Source: Lama guanicoe (taxonomy: Eukaryota). From it: a stretch of DNA of 64,000 bases. The stretch lies in the NCBI GenBank assembly GCA_013239625.1, contig MU053934.1:11261003-11325002 (forward strand). The letters run 5' to 3'. A program made the position numbers and the translations under genes. Positions 39,913 through 51,345 of this stretch are shown in pieces. The notes under the pieces were generated by a model. It made no database searches and had not been told where the DNA came from. It saw only the letters and a program-made list of their open reading frames with translations. Numbering within the stretch: the stretch's first letter is position 1; the number at the start of each line of letters is the position of its first letter.

Positions 39913-42900
39913 GCTTGTCAGGGACCCACCAGGATGGTGTCACACAGAACAGCTGCATTGCTCCAGAGCCTGCTGATGGACCTGGGACCCCTCAACACCC
40001 CGGGACCATTCCCTGAGATGGGGCACATCCCTGCAAAGGGCGGAAGGGAGCTGGTACCCAGGGTGTGCCTGTCCCTGCCCCTGGCCGGGCCCTGAGGTGC
40101 GGCTCCGTGTGGGGCATCCTGGAGGCCGGCATCCTCTTCCTGGAGGTCAGCAGGGAGGCTGGGAGGGGCTGCCTCTTCCCTTCCGTGCTGGGAGCCAAGC
40201 AGTCGGTGAGTGGGAGGCCCAAGGGCAGCCCGTCCTCCCAGCTCCCAGCCCCCACAGAGGAGCCAGCGTCCGGGAAGCAGCTGATTCCAGGGCCTCCACT
40301 TGTCACCAGGCCAGAGCTGGAGCTGGACGCCCACCGAAGAGGGACCCAGTGCATCCAGAGACCCAGTAGGGCACCTGCCAGCCACAGGTGGGGGCGAGGT
40401 GGAACCCTGAAGACTGAAGACGGGGTCTGGGCCTCCTGCCCCCTCCCCTCAGAGCAGCCCAGTGTTTCATGTGCCTGGGTCCCGTCCCGCAGGTTTTGGA
40501 AAAGGCTCCTGTTGCTCCGAGCTGCAGGAATGGGCTGGCCACTCTCCGAGGCGCTTCTGTTCACACTGGTGGCCCTGTCTGTCCAGGAAGGCCCACATAA
40601 GGGCCTCGAGGACTGGGGGCAGAGGGCATCAGGGCGGGGTCCCTGCTTCCTGCTCAGAAGGGCTGGTGCTCCCCAGAAGGCAGGCGCGTGGGATGGGAGC
40701 GGCTGCCCACAAGGAGCTTGGAGCCAGCGCCCTGTCCGGTCCGGCCCGGAGCTCTGGGGCCTGAGAGGGCCAGCCTGTGAGCAAGAATCACCGCTTCCTG
40801 GTCTGGTTACTGCCGCCCAAAGGCAAATTACCTACCTGTCTTTGACCCCCTGCCCGGGCGACGGGCACACGTCGCAGGAAGAGGACCACTGCCCCTGAGG
40901 GTCAGGAGGCAGACTCGGAGAGGAGGGGGGCGGGCTGGAAAACTTCTCATAAAATTGCATTTCCTGAAATAGCCAGGGCCGTGATGGTGATGCGTCTGCC
41001 GCCGATCGGCTCGGACACGGGCACTGCGCGGGAGCCGCGCCTCCGGCGGTGGCGCTCCGCCCGCTCCTGGGCCGCGCTCTCCTGCTGTTGCTTGTTTAAC
41101 TCGCGGGCTGTGCCGGGACAGCGGTGCCTCTGTGGAGGCCAGCACTGCATTAGAGCTCGCCGCCCGCTTAATTCAATTGCTCTTCTTTCTGACTCTGCTG
41201 ACAAAAGTAATCGGCTCGTGGCTGCCAGGGCCTCAGCGTTCCCACCGAGAGCTGGGTCTCGAGGTGTCCCCAAAGTCCCGGTTCTGGAAGGGTGGTGTGC
41301 ACTTGTCCCCATCCTGGAGTACGTTTGCTCTGGGTCCACCCTGAGCAGCCCAGTCGAGGAGTGACCCTGCCCTCAACCTGACCTCGCATCACTGACCGCC
41401 CACGGGCGTCAGAGCTGCTCTGCAGAGTGAGCCTCACCGACCTACCCTCGGCCGGCAGGGGCTCCTGAGGCTCCACGGGGCCGGCTCCTTGGAGAGGAAC
41501 CAGCCAGAAGCATCCTTTCAGCCTCCCTCCCGGGAGCGAGTTAGCACCATGACCTTTCTTTTTGAATAAGGTTGGTTTAAATGGTCCAGAACCGGGCACT
41601 GTGGGCTGCGGCGTCGACTGAGAGCGCCTGCTCCGTGTCAGGTGAAGCCCCTGCCCTTGGCGGCCTCCCCCGGCCCTGTCTCCCCTAGACTTTGCACAAG
41701 AAGGGTCCACGCTCACTGGTAGCTGGATAATAGGATATCACGAAGCTCAGGTCTTCAACCCAAATCTCCCAGACCCCCACGGCCAGGCTGCTTCCAGCCT
41801 GAGCTGGCCCCTCCGTTCAGATAGTCAGGAATGGAGAAAACACGGCCCTGGCCCCTTGTCCACCTGGCAGCCGTCCCCGGTCGGTCGGCCGTCCCAGCCC
41901 GTGGGAACCACAGGCAGATGAAGCGCGGCCTTCAGGAGCCAGACACCTCGACTCTGGCCTTGGGTCTAAACCCTCCCAGCGTGGGCGGCTGTGGCTACGC
42001 ACGTGCCCCCCACCCCCCGTGCTGTAATGGGCTGCGGTCGGCCTGCGCGGTCTCAGGATGGCCGTCCTTGATTGTGGCTTTTGTGGCAAGTAAATACAAT
42101 ATTGTTACAGCTCCTCTGTGGACGGCATTCCTGCCCGGCAGAGGTCGTGACGGTTTGGCGCACGGGGGTGTTCGGAGCGCTGGTTAATGGAGGACTTGCT
42201 GCAGGAAGGCTCCGTCGAGTGTGCCCCCAATACACCCGCCCATGTGAGCCCTGTCGACCTTTCAGGGGCCAAGCCAGTGGCCAGCTGGCAGCTCAGACCC
42301 AGGAGCGAGGCTGGGGCCAGCTGCGGCCTTCAGGGGCCGGCGGGCGAGCGGCCTGGGCAGAGCGGGGCCGAGGGTGCCGCTCCCCGCGGCAAAGAGCCAC
42401 TCCCGGCGCCCCGGGGTAATGGCCCTGCGGACTTGCCGGCTCATCGGGGTGCAGACCACGCGGGGTGGAGGCGTTCTGTCCCGGCCCTGCCGGCGGGAAG
42501 CCACCTCCCGGATGGGACGAGGGCGATGAGTCACCCACACTGCGTGCAGCGGGAAACACGCTTTCCAAGGCCGGGGACTCAGCACTGACTCACCTGCTTG
42601 GATGAAACCTCGTTCAGTCACCCTGTCACCGCTCGTGACCTGTGAATTAGGAGCCGGGGACGTGCAGTGGGAAACGCCGGCGCTCTTCCACGTCCCAGGG
42701 ACACCGTGGGCCCGGGAGGACCAGGACCCGCTGCTCGGACACACTTCTTAAGTCACGCCCTTGGTATTCGTGTTGCTGCCAAGCGTGGGAGAGCTGTGGC
42801 CTCTGTTACGCAGCCGAGGTCAGGTGCTCGCCGGCCGGGCCCCCCCGGGCACGGGCTGAGCCGGAGGAAGCTCACCAGGGGGACAAGTCCTGACTGGCGG

Positions 42901-43459
42901 CTACTTCCCTCCGTCCAGCCGTCACTGTGGGGCCAGAGCCTTCTCCCAAACCAGAAGCCCCGACTACCCAGTGCGTCTTCGGGGAGGCCGCCTTCCTCCG
43001 TGTGACTCCAGGGTGCCCCGCTGGGAGCACAGAAGCCCTCCGCTGGGTGGGGAGGGGCCGCCGGGCGAGTGTCCCGAGGCAGTCTCCGCTCTTGCCCGGG
43101 AGTCAGAATGCTCAGCCCGACTGAGCCAGGAGCACTGAGGCCTTGGTGTGCCCGGCCGGCACCCCAGCCTGGACAGAGCCATTTTCAGGAGGACTCCATG
43201 TGGTCACCCTGCAGTATGTGCCCCTACGATCAGACAGGCTTGTCAGGGAATCGCCCGGCTCCCCCAGAGCCCCTGAGACGCACAGGCGGGACGGTGGCCT
43301 TCCCCCAAAGCAGCTGTCTCCTGGTGTGAGGGGGCCTCACCAGGGACTCAGCCCCAGATCCTGTCCGGCTGCACCCCCAGGGCCAGCTCAGCAGGAAGAG
43401 GGGCGGTGCCTCTTTTCAAGACCCAGACCCTGTCCAGTGACTGGGGGGTGAGCCCAGGG

Positions 43460-43600
43460 CGTGGGTCCAGTTCCTGGGGCTCCAGCCTTGAGTCTTGCAC
43501 TTGGCAACTGCGTGTCTTTGAGGAAGAATCTGTTTCCTCATCTGTGAGATGGGCAGAGCGCCTGCTTCAAGGACCCGAGGTAAGACGTGGTAGCCATCAC
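43460..43600 (+). mobile_element. MIR SINE fragment
   Basis: Core ctgtttcctcatctgtgagatggg at 43530-43553, preceded by cacttggcaactgcgtgtctttgaggaag. Confidence 0.6.
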
Positions 43601-45439
43601 TGCCGCCAGCCACGTGTCTGCCAGTCCTGGCCAACGCTAAGACTCCCTCCCGTGAAGTTCCCCGTCCCGGACCTCGACAGCCAACTCTCCTCCTTCTCTG
43701 CTTGTGTTTTGGCTCCTGCTCGTCAGGCTGTGACCAATGGGCTCTGGGAAGGCTGGCTGTGGGGACCTCCGCTGCCCACATCGGTGCCTAACGTGGCCGC
43801 CTCCCTTTTTGGGGGGAGGATCAGAAAAGAGCAGCTTACTTAACGTGGAAGTTTAAGACGAGTGCTGAACACTGTCTGGCCGGTAATTTGGACAGGAGAG
43901 GAAAATGCAACGTGAGAGGATGGGAACACCCCTTTCCTTCCCAAAGAAAGCGCTCGTCTTCCTCGTGCGCATCCGGGAACAAAACCCCACGGGTGGGAGA
44001 CACGCTGAAGGCCGGGCACACGTTTCCTGCCAGCACGGTTCGTGTCCTGTGCTGTCTTGGCTGTTACAGAACAGCAGCTCAAGGTCACCTCCTTTCAGGG
44101 CTTCCAAGACATGGCGCACGTTCACCTGGCCTCTCCGGCCGGGGACGGCTGTGCGTCCCGATGGCGGCGGCCTGGCACCCCTGTGCCCCGTCTCCCCGCC
44201 CCGCCCCAGAGTCTTCTAAAGCCTTCTTTGGAACTTCCGCATTCGGGGGCATCGGTGGGTTACCACGAGGTGTGCGGCCCTCGGGCAGGACGAGGAATGG
44301 ACACTCCCGTGTTCCTGGGGGATGTGGCCCACGTGACCTCGGATCACACCCCCCAGCTGCCTGTGCTCTTCCCGCCGGCACGGCTGCTCTCCGTGGGAGC
44401 AGAACGGCGACACCCAGGCACCGGTATTTGTGACTCGTAGCCTGGGCGCTGGTGGCCGTGCGCGCCAAGTCCCTGCTGTCACTCCTGCTTCTAACTTCTG
44501 GGCGCTCCTCTGCTGTCTCCCTGCTTCCCCGCCCCCGAGGCCCACCCTCCTTTCCCGTGAGCCGCATCCCTGCGGCGCTCCGAGGGCACCCTGCGCAGGG
44601 CTCCCCGGGGTTCCCGCCCCTGCGCCTCTGCTCCCTGGCTTGCTTTTCCGTCCGCTCCTCTCTGCTCCGGCCTCCTGCCGTGGCTGCCCTCCCGGGCCGT
44701 CCTGGTGGCTCTGCCTGTTTCTGAGCAGCGATAATCGGGTTGATGAGCTGGGGTGCAGCTGGGGGCCCTGCTTCTGCAGCAGGCTTCTCTCTGAAACTGG
44801 ACACCGGGAGGACCGGGGGCCCGGCACTGCCCGGCTAGGAAGGCTTCACGAGTCCTGGAGGCGCAGTGCCTCCCTGAAGCCTGCTTGTGTGTGACAGTGG
44901 GGAGGGGGCGTGGAGAGGGCTGGCGCCTCTGTCCTGGGCATGAGCCTCTCATCTTGATGCTCCAGGACAGCGTGGGCACACAGCTCTCAGCCCCTCAGCC
45001 TGGATATGGGGTCATGGGTTCCTCTGCCCTCACTTCCTGGGACGCCAGCCCAGCTGCTCTGGCCACCCCCAGGACGAGGCACAACCGTACCTCTCACGGT
45101 GGTCACTCGCGTCTGTGGTCCCTCCTGCCCCAGCCGGGACGGCCCGCCCTGCCCACTGCGCTCCCCCGGGATGAGGGCGGCTTTCAGGCCTATGTGCTCC
45201 TGGACCCCTGGACTTGCTCCCCTGCCTTTGACACAGTCAGTGACCTCCCGATGTGTCCTTCCTTGGAACACAATCCCGGTCCCACAGAGGCCATTGTGGC
45301 TTTATTGACTGAATGGCATGGTTTGCAAACTGTGCTCATTTCGATATCAGCACTGGGGCTGATCCATTTTAATGCAATTAGACGCTGCATCCAGGGCCTT
45401 AATCACCATCTGCCGGAGACGGCGCACAACAAAGGGATG

Positions 45440-45640
45440 GGAGGACCTGGAACCTGGGGTTCAAGGGTGGGAGCGGGGGTCCAAGGAGGACCAGGGGCTT
45501 GGGAAGGGTGAGTGGCGGTCCAGGGAGGACCAGGGGCCCGGGGAGGGGCGAGCGAGGGTCCAGGGAGGACCAGGGCACCTGGAGGGGCGAGCGAGGGTCC
45601 GGGGGGACCAGGACCCCAGGGAGGGTGAGCGGGAGGGTGA
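45440..45640. repeat. G-rich minisatellite, 39-40 bp unit, about 4.5 copies
   Basis: Unit is approximately gggtccagggaggaccaggggcccggggaggggcgagcga. GGTCC recurs at 45478, 45517, 45557 and 45596. Confidence 0.9.
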
Positions 45641-47619
45641 GCTCTCTAACCCAGTGTCTTTGGAAGGAGGGAGCTGCCTCTCCTGCCGTCACCCTTTCTG
45701 ATGCGCTGACCAAGCTCTCACTGTCCCGGGTTCTCTCGGGGGCTCAGGTGATGCTCCAGGGGCCCCCAAGCTCTGCTGCTCTCCCCACCTCTACCGGTGG
45801 CCAGGGGCTTCCATTGCTGCCCTGGGGGTGAGTGGACCCCACACCAGAGGGATGCCGGGCCCTGATTCCAAGTCCACAGCTGGTGTGACTAGAGCCACCA
45901 TCCGTCCCAGTCTTGATTTACTGGTGTGGACACTGCGGCCGGGGCCATGTGCACTGGTCACCGCTGGGGCTGATGGGTGAACCTGAGCCCCAGGCCTTGT
46001 CCCTCCACCCCAGGCCGCTGACCTGAAGGCCAGGGGAGGACTCGAAGCCGGTGTCTTCTTTGGAAGGAGGGGTGCTGTGGGGCCAGCCTCTGCGGCCATG
46101 GAGCCGGTGCACTTGGACGGAGTGCCTGGAGCCCACGGCCTGGGCCGGCCTGGTCATCGCTGACAGCTTTGGTCACCAGAGCCCCCACGGCAGGGCCCCG
46201 GGCCAGGGCTCCGTGGCCCACAGGAAGCTCGGCTCGTCCCCGGGAAGGGACGCCTGCCTGGAAGGCACTTCTGAGCATCCTTGCCTTCACGTCAGTGTCA
46301 CCAAATCCATACTGGGACACATTTGTGCTGGACTTCATCCCGTGTCCTGGACAGAAAGCTGTGTCCTGTGCGATCAGGCCACACAGAACAATGCCATATC
46401 CCAAGTTTCGGAGGGGCCGGTTTCACTGTCCTGCTGCCTGCCACGGGGCTGGCTCCTCACCACACACCCACCCAGGACAGGGACATGCCCCACGTAAACT
46501 GCCACCCCACGGCGGCCCGGTGCTGGCCTTGGGAGTGCGGTTCTGGAGATGGGCGTGCCGGGGCTCTGGGGTGGGGGGCAGCGAGGGCGCCAGGGCCACG
46601 CACACGTGGTGGGGACGCGCATCCACGCGGCAGCACCGCCATGCCGAGAGCCCCTCTCACGACTGCTGCTCACAGCCACACCGCCGTCCGATAGCACAGA
46701 GCCCGCACCTCCCACAGGGCCCGCGCCCGCCCGGCTCCGGGGCTGGAGGTGGCGCCCCAGCGCTGAGTGTGCGCAGAGCTGCCTGGGGGGAGGCGGAGAG
46801 GACTCCGCTTCCAGCCTCCTGCCGCACGGGGCCGCACTCCTGCCCTGCTGGGCACTTGATCCTCTTCCAGCCGTGGCTCCCTGAGGTGGCAAGGAGGCCC
46901 GAGCTCAGTGGGGCAGGGCAGCCCCCAAGGACAGAGCACAGGGTGCCGGGGGACAGAGCTTGGCTGGCGGCTTTCCCAAACTGCTGCGAGACCCCAGGGC
47001 AATGAGTTCCTTCATGGAGACCCCTTGTGTGCGGGCGCTCGCGCACGGGGTCCCCACCTGGCGGGAGGCACGGCCCCGCGGGGGAGAAGCCAGGAAGCCC
47101 GGACCCACCGTGCTGCATCTAGGCAGCCCCGCAGGCACCTGGACTGCGTCCGCCCCACCCGCCAAGGCCGGAGGTGCTGGGCATCCCAGGGTGGGGCACC
47201 GGGTGCCTTCCAGTGTGCCCCCCAGGGCTTCCAGAAGACCCCAGCCTGTGAACCAAGGGTCTTGGTTCCGTGGGGGTTTAACTCTCTGGGGCCCTTTCTT
47301 TCTGACTCAGCAGCTCTGCTCAGATGGCCGGCAGTTCCCTGCAGTTTCCAGCAAAGAAAATCAGCAGTACTGGGCAAGGCCCCGTGCCTGGGCTGAACCC
47401 GAGCTCAGAGTGACGGGGGAGCTCGGGGACTGCAGATCAGAGCGGTCACCAAGGAAACCGCATCCAAATGTCCAGACAAAGTTTGCCCCATTTCGGAGGG
47501 TCTCAGAACACGAGGGGACGAAACCGCCGAGCAAATAAACAGCCCATCAGGAGAGGCTGCCCTCCCGTTCCTTAAATCGAGCTCTGTAAGTTTACAACCC
47601 AGGCGAGAAGCTTCCCGTG

Positions 47620-47850
47620 GAGACGCACCTGCGAAGGGGGCCGCAGGTGGAAATGAGACGTAATCGGGTTAAGACGAGGTCGTCGAGGTGGGCTCCGATC
47701 CAGCGACCGGCGTCCTTACAAGAAGAAATGCCCGTGAAGACAGACTCGGGGGGCAGGCCGTGCGACAGCGGAGGAGGCCGGAGTGATGCGTCCACGTTCG
47801 TCCCGGGGAGGCGCGAGCCTCCCCCAGGCCAGCATCTCCTGGTGGAGGCC
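47620..47850 (+). mobile_element. MaLR LTR fragment (MLT1B/C-like)
   Basis: Contains gacgtaatcgggttaagacgaggtc..ggtgggctccgatccagcgaccggcgtccttacaagaagaaatgcccgtgaagacag..ggagtgatgcgtccac. Confidence 0.7.
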
Positions 47851-48528
47851 TTTCCACAGGCCTCACAGCCTCTCCTCCGCAGGGGCGCGGGGCCGGGGCC
47901 TCGGGGGCTGTTGGAGGCCGACTGGCAGGTGCCACGTCAGGGAGGACTGAGAGCAGAGCTGTGGGAACGGAGGTCAGTCTGGAGTCAGCCCTCCGAGAGC
48001 CACCAGGACCTCTAGTTCCGAGGAAACTCGATGGCTCCCAGTTTACAGTGGCAACCCCCCCCACCCGTCTGCCCCACCGTTGACTGCTCGGGAGGTGGTC
48101 ACAGGCTGCATGTTTACAGCTCTACTCCAGGCCGGTCAGAAAGAGCCAGGGACGCAGGCTTTGGAGCCCACGGGCTGTCCCTGGCCCCCGCATCTCCACC
48201 TGCCGCCCTTCCTGGTGGACCGCAGGAGCGGTGCGGGGGATGGGGGAGGCGGGAAGTCCAGGCTGCCTTGTGTTGACTGCACGTTGGACGCACGTGCCGT
48301 GGGGGTCAGAGGGGATGCAAGGTGGGGCTCTCAACCTCAGCCTCCCCCTCCCTCCTCCTTCTGAAGCTTGTTCCAGGGGGCTGAGGAGGGAGGGCTCCCC
48401 AAACAGTGGGCTCATTGGCCCTTTCTAGTGGGCATGGCCCTGTCTGAGGCCAATGGGCATCTCTGGTCATTGGAGGAAGGAAGGCAAGTTCAGGGTGTCA
48501 TGGTGCTCCACACACCAACGGTCTGGGG

Positions 48529-48700
48529 GGATGGATGGATGGATGGATGGATGGATGGACAGAGCCAGCGATTGGTAGGTGGCTGGCTGGCTGGCTGGAT
48601 GGATGGATGGGTAGGTGGACAGATGAATAGATGGATGTACAGTTTGATGGATGGGTGGATAAGGGAATATATAGGTAGCATGGATGGATGGATAGATTAA
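48529..48700. repeat. Degenerate (GGAT)n tetranucleotide repeat
   Basis: Reads ggatggatggatggatggatggatgg.. with GGCT, GGGT and AGAT variants. Confidence 0.92.
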
Positions 48701-49164
48701 CAAAAGGAGAAACGAATGGACAGAGGATGATGTTCTAAACATCTCGCAGGCCTCGGGGGAAACTTCCTGTGAGAGGTAGTAGGGCTGAGGCCTAGTGGGC
48801 AGCCAGTGTTTTCAGCCTCGTTGTCTCTGCCATGGCCACTGTCTCCCCGCACAGACAGGACCACGAGCCCAGCCCATCGGCCTCCCCGCCTCCTGGGGGA
48901 CTGACCCGCAGCACGGCGCCCATCCCCAGGGGTGCCCGGCTGCCCCAGACGGCCTCTCTAAACGCAGGCACGTCCCAGCTCTGAGCGAAGGGCTGTGAGG
49001 TGTCCCCACGCGTGAGGACAGGGCTCCGCCCCGCTGCCCGCGCCCCGGGGACTGCCCCCCGGAGGAGCCCAGCCGCCTCTCGGAACCAGAGGGGAGGCGC
49101 TCCCTCAGTGCACGTTGAAGTGAACCGCCGGCTGCCTCCCTTGCCTCTCCTCTTCGGTAGCTCT

Positions 49165-49595
49165 GCCAATTTATGGGAATTTGCCTAAGAAAAATGGAGT
49201 GTTTTTCCCTCTCAACTTACATTTCTTAATCCTAATGAAATAATGAAACAGGTAGCTTGTGACAACTGTGGTTTTTCTCTCTTAATCTAATTTGATTGCC
49301 CGAATCTGGAGTGTTCTCCACTGGCGTGGGACCGGGCGCTGATCACGGTGCGCGGCCTCTCCAGCCTCCGGCGTCGGGGGGCCCTTCGCCGGCAGCGAAT
49401 GGATCACGCTAATCAGAGAACCATCTTGAAAATTAATACCTTCTGCTGTACTGTTTAAAGGAAAAATAATTATCGAGACTGTCCTCACTGAATTATGCTG
49501 TCAAGAAGTTGTGGAAAGAAAATTTTGCCTAATTTTAAAACGTAATCTGGGTTCTGAAGATTTTTCTTCTCGGAGTGATTAAAGGATTCAGCCGA
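49165..49595. promoter_or_regulatory. Candidate intronic enhancer (AT-rich non-repeat island)
   Basis: Dense TAAT/ATTA cores, including TAATCC at 49227 and TAATCTAATTTGATTG at 49283-49298, within a GC-rich background. Confidence 0.45.
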
Positions 49596-50759
49596 GTGGC
49601 CAGGAGGAGAGCACGCCTCTCCTGCCCGGATCCCTGGGCGGCGTGTGCGGGGCACCAGCCTGGCCCCGGGCAGAGGCGCGGGGCCCGGGCCGCTTGGGGG
49701 CCCAGCCTCCCCCCCACCGCCTTCCCCCGGGTGGGCCACGCGGCAGGAGGAGGGCCCCGAGCCGGGGAGGGGGGGACCCTCCCCACCCACCCTGCTGAGC
49801 GGGAGCCACCAGCCCCACCTGCCCCCCTCCCAGGGTCTCGGGGTTCAGGCCACCCACAAATGGTCTGGTTCGTTCCTGGAACGAGGGTGCAGCAGGGACC
49901 CCCAGCTCCTGATGAATTTAAAGGAAACAGAGGCAAGTGCCCGTGGAGACTCAATGGGGCTGCGAAGCCCTGAGTGCTGCTCACTCAGTGGGGTTTAGTC
50001 TGGCAGCCAGTGGAGCGGGTGCTCCTGGCCCCCAGGTCTGAGCTGACTTAACTCACTAGCTCCCGATTTCGGAGCCCAGGTCACCCCTGTAGACGGCCAG
50101 TCCCCTTCCCACCCCAGGACTCCCCAGGGGCCCAGGCTACTTCCAGCTGGCTGAGGGCCACCGTGTCCTTGGGGAAGGGCAGGTCTAGGGGTGGTGACCG
50201 CACGCAGCCCGCGTCCCTCCCTGCCTCCTATGCGCCTCCCTGATGCTCTGCCTGGCAAGCTGTCCGTTAGCTGCTGCCCATCAGGGAGGAAGCCTGGGCA
50301 CTGGGAGAGTTTCCCTACAGGCACCTCCGCCCACTGCTGTCCAGGCTCCTCTGAGAGATGTGGGCTCACAGCCCTGCCTCCCCTTCTTTTGCCCTCGGGC
50401 TGGGCCCCCGGGAGGCTGCCTAGAGGAAGGCCTGGCTCTCTGACAAGAGGCTGGGGTCCCTGCAGGGGTCGTGTTTGGGGCCCTCCCCCCACCACCTCTC
50501 CTATGCTGGTAATACACCTGGCAGCCAGGACCCTTGAGCAGGGGCAACTGGATAGGCTGGAACCCCGCGGACCACCTGCCTTGTATGGGGTCCACATTCC
50601 AGAAAGCGCTACCTGCAAGTCAGGCGGGGTGCAGCGAGGCCCTGGGGGCCGTGACTGCCCGGTGGACTCCAGGCCACAGACATCCCTGCATGGCCCAGAG
50701 GACATGGCTTTCTAGGCCACATCCAGCATATTGCCCCCACCCCCAGGGCAGCCTCCACT

Positions 50760-51135
50760 CCCCGGCTTCTCTGTGGCTCCCTGGATGCAATGCAGCTCCC
50801 CCTGGCCCCTCCACAGTGGCCTGGGCTCACGGTAGTGACCACACGGCCACCCCTCATCCTCCTGTGTCCGTCACTCCCCCTGCCTCTACACTACACCATC
50901 TCTGCCCTCTCCATGTAGCCAACTCATCCTTCAAAGCTCGCTTCTTCCAGGAAGCCCTCCTAGCTGGCCCCAGGCCTTCTCTGAGCCCCACTGCCCTGTG
51001 GACAACCAGGCCCAGTGCTTTCCGTGGAGCAGCGTGTTCTCAGACTGACTTACTTTGAGCCCTGGCCCTGAGATCCTGAGGGGAGGCCCGTGTTCTCCAG
51101 CTGGGTGTGCTCCACGGTGTGGGGCTCAGCCTGAG
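50760..51135 (+). mobile_element. LINE-2 3' fragment
   Basis: Contains actcatccttcaaagctc..cttccaggaagccctcc and ctgagatcctgaggggaggcccgtgtt, resembling L2 3' landmarks. Confidence 0.5.
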
Positions 51136-51274
51136 CGAGTGACCCTGGCCCTCTGGGCCCAGGAAATAGAGGCTGACTGGCCACCTGAGCTCAGGGTCCT
51201 GGTGACTGAGCTGTGCCCAGTCCCATCCCAGGCTTCCCTGCTGGGTTCATCCAGGGCCAGAACTCCCCGTATCT

Positions 51275-51345
51275 GACGTGGAGCCGCCGGGTGAGGGAGG
51301 ACGTGGGGCCGCCGGGCGAGGGAGGACGTGGGCTGCTGGACGAGG
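51275..51345. repeat. 25-bp tandem repeat, about 2.8 copies
   Basis: Unit gacgtggRgccgccgggYgagggag starts at 51275 and 51300, with a partial copy at 51325. Confidence 0.85.

Noticed and set aside
45440-45640. Regularly spaced repeats as a CRISPR-like array
   Set aside because: These are head-to-tail degenerate tandem units without unique spacers, in a mammalian context with no cas genes.
48368-48742. ORFs rich in MDGW/IHPS
   Set aside because: They are translations of the (GGAT)n microsatellite.
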